Sequence record: NC_048170.1
Reading direction: 5' to 3' (one strand)
DNA: 64,000 nucleotides
Both the position numbers and the translations under genes were made by a program. The notes under the pieces were generated by a model. That model saw nothing but the letters and a program-made list of their open reading frames with translations, was not told the DNA's origin and made no database searches. How positions within the stretch are numbered: position 1 is the stretch's first letter; each line of letters starts with the position of its first letter. Positions 58,451-64,000 of the stretch are shown piece by piece.

Positions 58451-59293
58451 ATGCATAAATTTACCATTCCTGAAGACCCGATTACACTGCAGACCCTTTG
58501 GGATTCACATCGTGCTTTATCAATGGAAGGCTTTGCGCAAGACTTCGCTTCACTTACCGCAGTAACGAACCTTCGTAGTATGTTTACTAACGGTAAGAAG
58601 TTCGTTACCGATTGGCTTAAGAAACGTGATGTGACGGTTTATCCTAAAGTCTTCGATGACCTCGATACCATCTTTAGCAACAACGCTTACAGCGATCTCA
58701 TTGGGTATCGCGCTTTTATTCCGAATGGTTTAAATGCGCCGATGTCAGATTATGTTGTCGCTTTAACCCAGAGTCTGGATAGCGTAATTGGCACCATCCT
58801 ACCCGATTTGGATAAGTTGACCGTAACGTGCGCTAAAGCCGTCAACGACGTTAACTTCCGTCGTAGTAGTGGTATGGCTCAAACACTACCTAAAAACGAT
58901 CCAGAGAACGTTCTAGAGACGTTACGTGCGATGTTCAAACAAGGGACGGTAACACAGACCACTGTAGGCCGTGCATATAAGAACGAAGATGATATTCGTC
59001 AGATCGGAAAAGATCTGGATGCTTCCCGTATCCGTGCGCTTGACGTTAATCCTAAAGACGTGAAGAAGGCAATCGAACGTTTCATGGAGGTAGCTGACCG
59101 TTTAACCGAAATCCTGGTTCAAGACTACAACGAAGGTGCGGTGAGTAACGCAATGATTCGCGATATTAGCGACGCTATCTACCAAACAGCCAAACAGGCT
59201 GAGCTGTATGCGTTTCTCGTGAACGCTTTGGCTGAGGCGATCATCGCATATAACGACACTTGGGACGCTGTTAAAAAGAACGCGAAAAAATAA
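58451..59293 (+). CDS. Probable head protein with a short propeptide
   Basis: 280 aa; GAGGA SD; RALSME resembles the S/A/G-x-E sites cut by phiKZ-type prohead proteases. Confidence 0.65.
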   Translation: MHKFTIPEDPITLQTLWDSHRALSMEGFAQDFASLTAVTNLRSMFTNGKKFVTDWLKKRDVTVYPKVFDDLDTIFSNNAYSDLIGYRAFIPNGLNAPMSDYVVALTQSLDSVIGTILPDLDKLTVTCAKAVNDVNFRRSSGMAQTLPKNDPENVLETLRAMFKQGTVTQTTVGRAYKNEDDIRQIGKDLDASRIRALDVNPKDVKKAIERFMEVADRLTEILVQDYNEGAVSNAMIRDISDAIYQTAKQAELYAFLVNALAEAIIAYNDTWDAVKKNAKK

Positions 59294-59345
59294 CATAATA
59301 ACCCACCCTACTACCCCGTTAAGGGCGGTAGGGTGGGATAAGGTT
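59294..59345. terminator. Bidirectional hairpin
   Basis: CCCACCCTAC-TA-CCC-CGTTAA-GGG-CG-GTAGGGTGGG at 59302-59337; TATG on the minus side only (59297-94). Confidence 0.75.
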
Positions 59346-59776
59346 TATTTGCCGTATAGTTGTACCACTCGTTGTGTCGTAGGAACGCAGACTCTTACCA
59401 GAAGCTTCTTAATCTCCTGACGAATCGTTGCTTTATCATCATAATAAAGCCATGGCGGAACGCGTTGCATTATGCACTGCACGGCTTCATCGTAGTTCGT
59501 CGTCTCATTAAGTAACGTCTCACTATCCAGATCTTTCCATGCAGTAATACCAAGTCGCGCAGCAAACATCAACGCTGAAACCGACTCAGCTATCTCCAAT
59601 CGCTCATTCATATCCGCAAGACCTTTTAGCATGATGTAATTATCATCATGCTGATGTAAGGTGCCATACAAACTTCCGAAGAGAAGTATACGTTTAGCTT
59701 TTGCGGTTAAGAGGAACGACAGGAGAGCGTGTTTCAACGGTTGTTTCTCACGTTCTACCTGTTCGACCATCACCAT
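59345..59776 (-). CDS. Hypothetical protein
   Basis: 143-aa ORF directly downstream of RNase H. Confidence 0.7.
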   Translation of the reverse strand: MVMVEQVEREKQPLKHALLSFLLTAKAKRILLFGSLYGTLHQHDDNYIMLKGLADMNERLEIAESVSALMFAARLGITAWKDLDSETLLNETTNYDEAVQCIMQRVPPWLYYDDKATIRQEIKKLLVRVCVPTTQRVVQLYGK

Positions 59777-59779
59777 TGA

Positions 59780-61318
59780 TTACTCCAACACATAACGTGG
59801 GTTACTGTATATGTTAGCCCATATACCAACGTCGTCTCCTGATTCGATAATCACAGCGAAACGAAACGCAACATCAGATTCACGATAAGTTACCGCGTAC
59901 GCTTTCGTTTCTGGCGATGCTAAATAGCTCAAGTTCAGACGTTGAGGTAGGTCTAACCCCAAGGACATGGTACAAGACGTAACGCCCTGCTTATCGGGGG
60001 TCAGTCTGTAATTCACGTCCACCTTCAAGCTTTTCGTAACCTGCGTAATCGCACTATGCACTTTGGTAACCGTTTTGCCTTTCTTATCCTTTTCTGTTTC
60101 GAAAAGAACGTCGGTAATTTCGGTTACAACCAGGCGCGGTGTGGATTCGCGGTTAGCATCCAGCCATTCATCCAGCAACGTCTTTAAGAAGTTCAAGGAA
60201 TCAATCGCGCGCCAAGCAAGGTTAGGTGGATTGCACGCTTCCATTAGAATGGCTGTGTTGGATCCACCTAGCGGAAGATGCACGCTCTTACCGAGGCCCG
60301 TCGGACGCATCGTAAGATCGCACTCGCCCTCAAGAATATCGCGATGATACTGACGATGATGAAGGTTATCCGTGTATGCGATATACACTGACTCCGTTGT
60401 CCCATGCTCTAATACCCGAGATGCATGCGTACGCATAATCTCAACAGCATCATCCGGCTTGCTTAAATAGATAACACTGTACGCACTATCGCTAATCCTT
60501 TTCCCTAACTCAAGACGTCCCTTGTTGTCTTTATCAGTGTTACCACCGAAATAGATGTAGCGGCCATCTTTCGCACGCTCTTGCTGCTGGTTGGTGGTAA
60601 AGTAGCAGCGTGAGAACGTAAAGAACGGGCTTATTTCCGGTTCGGGGCTCCAATACCCCTTAGCCGGAAGTTCGCGGCGTATTTGGGTTCTTACAGCCCA
60701 GTCCTGGTTTTGTGACAGATATGTTCCACGCGTTGCCAGCATATCCGCACGTTCGTTACCAACATTGCCCTCATGTCCAGGAACGTAGCGCAGCGAAATA
60801 TCGATAGCGTCGCGCTTCGCATCCCTTATCGCGCTATCGAGTTTCCGCCACCGTTCCGCATTCATTAACGGTTTATTGTCGGATTTAACCCAGTTGTTCT
60901 CTCGCCAGTTAGCAAGATGGTTGGTGGCACCTACAACAACATATTGGCTGTCCGACAACAGCTGGATCCGTTTTGCCCCCTTTGCTTTTCCAAGTTCAAT
61001 CGCACGTATTGCAGCATCCAACTCAGCCTGATTGTTCGTTACGTTGAAACCCAAAGCCTCTAACTCATCCACGTATTCCTTGGGTTCGACCAGCACAGCG
61101 TCTTTAGGAAAGTCGAGTTTAGGGTCAACATAACCGTATTGCGTTGGTTTGGGCTTCCCACTTTTTGAGGGTTCCAAGGTGCCTTTTATTTCTTTCACCA
61201 TATCGTAGGTGTAGCCGTGCACGCCGTAGCCACCATACCCACTCGATGTTGGACGGGATCCTCCATCACAGTAGAAAACGGCACCGAGCTCAGTATTTCC
61301 TGCCATTGTAAACCTCAT
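59780..61318 (-). CDS. rnh: Ribonuclease HI with a long C-terminal extension (phiKZ gp155-like)
   Basis: FYCDGGS, TNNQAEL, LLSDSQYV, VPGHEGNVGNERADMLA give the full D-E-D-H-D set. Alternative start ATG 61306. Confidence 0.9.
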   Translation of the reverse strand: MRFTMAGNTELGAVFYCDGGSRPTSSGYGGYGVHGYTYDMVKEIKGTLEPSKSGKPKPTQYGYVDPKLDFPKDAVLVEPKEYVDELEALGFNVTNNQAELDAAIRAIELGKAKGAKRIQLLSDSQYVVVGATNHLANWRENNWVKSDNKPLMNAERWRKLDSAIRDAKRDAIDISLRYVPGHEGNVGNERADMLATRGTYLSQNQDWAVRTQIRRELPAKGYWSPEPEISPFFTFSRCYFTTNQQQERAKDGRYIYFGGNTDKDNKGRLELGKRISDSAYSVIYLSKPDDAVEIMRTHASRVLEHGTTESVYIAYTDNLHHRQYHRDILEGECDLTMRPTGLGKSVHLPLGGSNTAILMEACNPPNLAWRAIDSLNFLKTLLDEWLDANRESTPRLVVTEITDVLFETEKDKKGKTVTKVHSAITQVTKSLKVDVNYRLTPDKQGVTSCTMSLGLDLPQRLNLSYLASPETKAYAVTYRESDVAFRFAVIIESGDDVGIWANIYSNPRYVLE

Positions 61319-61356
61319 TAATCATTGTCCGTATGATAGCCCAAAGTTGTACGGTA

Positions 61357-61908
61357 TTACCGATTACCGTCGGTTGACGTTGGTTGATCGCGATCGACTT
61401 TCATTGACCGCAGTTTTCCGCCGTTAATTACACATTGATTGCGCTGTTTGGCGGAGGTCAGACTATTACAGACGTAATAGGTATCGATAAAACGTTCAAC
61501 GCGTTCTTGAAACTCCCTCTCGTCAACTTTCTCTTTTTCAAAAGTTCGTAACGCCCGATCAACCTCACCCTGGAGAATCCGGTTCTGTTCAACCATACTG
61601 TCGATTAAACGGCCTCGTACTTCGTTCGATGTGTAAAGTTGACGAATCAGTTCTCGGTTGGTGTCTCGCGCATAACGCAATGTTGCATTTTCCTGACGTA
61701 AACTACTCACGTCAGCCATCAAGGTAATGATTTTTTCGCCAGCGAATAACGTCACGATACCCAATACGATGAAAAAGCCCGTAATCAAGAATATCGAGGA
61801 CTGTCGAGCTCCATCTCGACGATAGCGTGTGGGCGGTCGCTTACTTCGCCGAAACAACTCGCGAAGAAAAGGGAAAAGCCAGGGCAACGCCTTGAGTGTA
61901 GTAAACAT
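61357..61908 (-). CDS. Membrane-anchored coiled-coil protein
   Basis: AAGGA SD before ATG 61908; one TM segment (IFLITGFFIVLGIVTLFA), heptad-rich region, two Cys near the C-terminus. Confidence 0.65.
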   Translation of the reverse strand: MFTTLKALPWLFPFLRELFRRSKRPPTRYRRDGARQSSIFLITGFFIVLGIVTLFAGEKIITLMADVSSLRQENATLRYARDTNRELIRQLYTSNEVRGRLIDSMVEQNRILQGEVDRALRTFEKEKVDEREFQERVERFIDTYYVCNSLTSAKQRNQCVINGGKLRSMKVDRDQPTSTDGNR

Positions 61909-61962
61909 GCGTGTGTCCTTGATAGTATGAAATTTCCAATACAACTTAACCGAGGACGTCGA

Positions 61963-63303
61963 ATGATTAGTATTTTTGGTTTTTATACGTACAAAGGGTA
62001 CGCTAATAACCACCCAAAAACCACGGCGAAATTCGGTGAGTTCAGTCAGCACAGTGCTACGTTCAGTCGCGAAATCGGCATCTATACCAACACGGCGTAC
62101 GCACGTACGACCTTATTAGTGTTGAATGCCGAAAACGAAGCTGGTGAAGCACAAACGCTGAATGACGACACCGCAGGCCGCATTCTTCAGGTTGGTCAAT
62201 GGTTGCTGGAAAAAGCCGCATCGGGCGAAATCCAGGAAGACCGAGACCAAGTTATCGATTACCTAAAAGACGACTTCACAACGTATCTGGATTCTATCGA
62301 CATCCCAACACCCACCACCGATGGCACAGTCTATCTACCAGCGTGGATCAGTTTCAAGATAACGGCCACCGGCGATGTTGTCAAGATTTGGTTGTCTGAT
62401 AGCGTATTCCAAAGTCAATATCCAAAATACGAATATGAAGTCGTTCCCCCTGTTCCTAAGGATCAGTTAGATACCTTCTTCGAAGATCTGGCAACATTGA
62501 AGAAACTGGTTGACAGTCGAAGCAGCGAGAAACTGACCGAAGAAATCAACGAGGTGCGCGACCAATTCCCAGACACACAATTGTGGACGAAAACCTATAA
62601 AGCGTACGATTACACCGACGATTCGAAATACATTAATACCGATTGGACGGTGATTATCTACGGTGCAGCAGGTAACAACATTGATAATATCAAGGAGTTC
62701 CTGCAAAACTGGATTCTTAGCAATAGCACGCACGGACGTCCAGACTGGGAAATCGTTCTGCCGGATCTTTTTATTCCGACGGAACACATCTTCATCCCGA
62801 TCTGGAACCGCCACAGTGCTCCAGAAATGACCAATCAGGCACGTATTTATAGTCCTATCTTCGATGATTCGTTGATGGATACCTACCTGAAAAACTTTGC
62901 TGATGGTTACGGCGAAACCGCCGAAGTCCGTAAGTCGCTTCAAGCGGTGCCGACGTTGTGGCGCTCGATCGGTTTCTTAAGTGTCGGTAACTCACGTAAC
63001 CGAGACGGTAAACTTAAGTTCTACGATCGTTGGCCACAATACGCGCTCATCAGCACAACCAGCATCGACATTAACCGTATCGACGATGCGACACGTGAAT
63101 TCATCACGTTCACTTACGAAATGCTGAAACTGGCAGAATCGCTCACCGAAGACGACCCGGTACCGTTGGGTTATAGTCGTGTTACGCGTGGTAGCAATAG
63201 CTTCTTAGCGAAAAGCCACAACGATGTTCAGTATCTCTTCTTAACAAAAGAAGCGTTCCTGAAGAAAATGCCGGATGAAGCCGACACGCCTGTTGGAGGT
63301 TGA
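61963..63303 (+). CDS. Probable virion structural protein
   Basis: GAGGA SD before ATG 61963; 446 aa. Confidence 0.7.
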   Translation: MISIFGFYTYKGYANNHPKTTAKFGEFSQHSATFSREIGIYTNTAYARTTLLVLNAENEAGEAQTLNDDTAGRILQVGQWLLEKAASGEIQEDRDQVIDYLKDDFTTYLDSIDIPTPTTDGTVYLPAWISFKITATGDVVKIWLSDSVFQSQYPKYEYEVVPPVPKDQLDTFFEDLATLKKLVDSRSSEKLTEEINEVRDQFPDTQLWTKTYKAYDYTDDSKYINTDWTVIIYGAAGNNIDNIKEFLQNWILSNSTHGRPDWEIVLPDLFIPTEHIFIPIWNRHSAPEMTNQARIYSPIFDDSLMDTYLKNFADGYGETAEVRKSLQAVPTLWRSIGFLSVGNSRNRDGKLKFYDRWPQYALISTTSIDINRIDDATREFITFTYEMLKLAESLTEDDPVPLGYSRVTRGSNSFLAKSHNDVQYLFLTKEAFLKKMPDEADTPVGG

Positions 63304-63305
63304 TT

Positions 63306-63932
63306 ATGGCTGTAACACGCATGACGCCAAGTCCCGGTGCGGTCGGGGTATTCACAGTATCAGCGCCGTTTTCCGTTGGTACGTCAACGCTATATACCGT
63401 TACAGCGTTACGCCGATTCAGCGAAGTCATCGGTAGTGGAATCGATCTATTTACGGAACTGTACGAACCGTTATCAATAGACAAATCCACTTTCGAAGCG
63501 CATCTCGAAGCGAATGCTTATCTCGTCACGTTGCAACCGGATTATGGTGCGCCCGTACTGGTACCCGATACGTATATCACGTCGTACCCAAAGAACGATT
63601 CCTTGCGGTATCGTCGCATTATTCTGGGTATCGATTTCGGGCCTCTTCCTCCCGGTCTTGACCTTTCGTATTTAACAACGATATTGAAAGGTAAGGCTAG
63701 TGATATTCTTGGTGTCGAACCTGAAGTTAAAACGATGGAAATCACTCTCGATGATACCGTTACTCAGGAACAACATCAGATAAACGAAGCCCGTCGTCAG
63801 GCTGCGATAAAAGAACGAGATACCATTTACGCACGCTGTGAAACGCAAGAGAAGCAGATAACGGCTTTACTTGCAACCCAAAAGCAACTTATCAAATTGC
63901 TTCAAGACGCCGGTATCAATCCGACACCTTAA
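63306..63932 (+). CDS. Probable virion structural protein
   Basis: GGAGG SD before ATG 63306; C-terminal coiled coil. Confidence 0.7.
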   Translation: MAVTRMTPSPGAVGVFTVSAPFSVGTSTLYTVTALRRFSEVIGSGIDLFTELYEPLSIDKSTFEAHLEANAYLVTLQPDYGAPVLVPDTYITSYPKNDSLRYRRIILGIDFGPLPPGLDLSYLTTILKGKASDILGVEPEVKTMEITLDDTVTQEQHQINEARRQAAIKERDTIYARCETQEKQITALLATQKQLIKLLQDAGINPTP

Positions 63933-63980
63933 CATATTCCCTCCTCCTTCCCTGATGGGTTGGAGGAGGGTTATGCCGTC
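63933..63980. terminator. Hairpin with flanking TATG
   Basis: CCCTCCTCC-TT-CCC-TGAT-GGG-TT-GGAGGAGGG at 63939-63970; TTATGCCGTC at 63971-80 (+); TATG at 63936-33 (-). Confidence 0.75.
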
Positions 63981-64000
63981 AAGCAAAAAAAAAAAAAAAA

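Noticed and set aside
61357-61560. Embedded o-spanin (Rz1-like) gene
   Set aside because: The alternative frames read near the 3' end close early and show no lipobox Cys.
1-64000. tRNA, rRNA, CRISPR array, intein, integrase or transposase
   Set aside because: No cloverleaf or T-loop in intergenic DNA, no regularly spaced repeats, no intein-sized insertions or splice motifs in terL, polB, RecA or RNAP, and no recombinase motifs were seen by eye. tRNAscan-SE was not run.

Overview
This window is a ~64 kb segment of a phiKZ-related, probably nucleus-forming (Chimalliviridae-type) jumbo myophage. Left to right it carries: the polymerase half of a split family-B DNA polymerase; a cluster of overlapping small genes; a PhuZ tubulin; an accessory leftward operon; the large terminase and the phiKZ gp26-30-like tail block (sheath, tube); the prohead protease; four pieces of the virion RNA polymerase (beta-N, beta'-N, beta'-C, beta-C); a tape-measure-like protein with a GH19 lysozyme domain; a SLOG protein; RecA/UvsX; RNase H; and further virion genes. 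The strongest hidden feature is a 2044-nt group I intron (38447-40490, minus strand, subgroup IA2 core) inserted inside the catalytic D|FDGD motif of the virion RNAP beta' gene. Its 59-codon second exon is absent from the ORF track. Its HNH gene has a ribosome-binding site buried in a hairpin that an internal TATG promoter would open. A second window-wide pattern is that ten intergenic GC-rich hairpins are followed by TATG, often without a classical U-tract. The five of these at convergent-type junctions share a 2x2 internal loop. No tRNA, rRNA, CRISPR array or intein was recognised. phiKZ/SPN3US gp equivalences are from recalled synteny, size and motifs, not from a database search.
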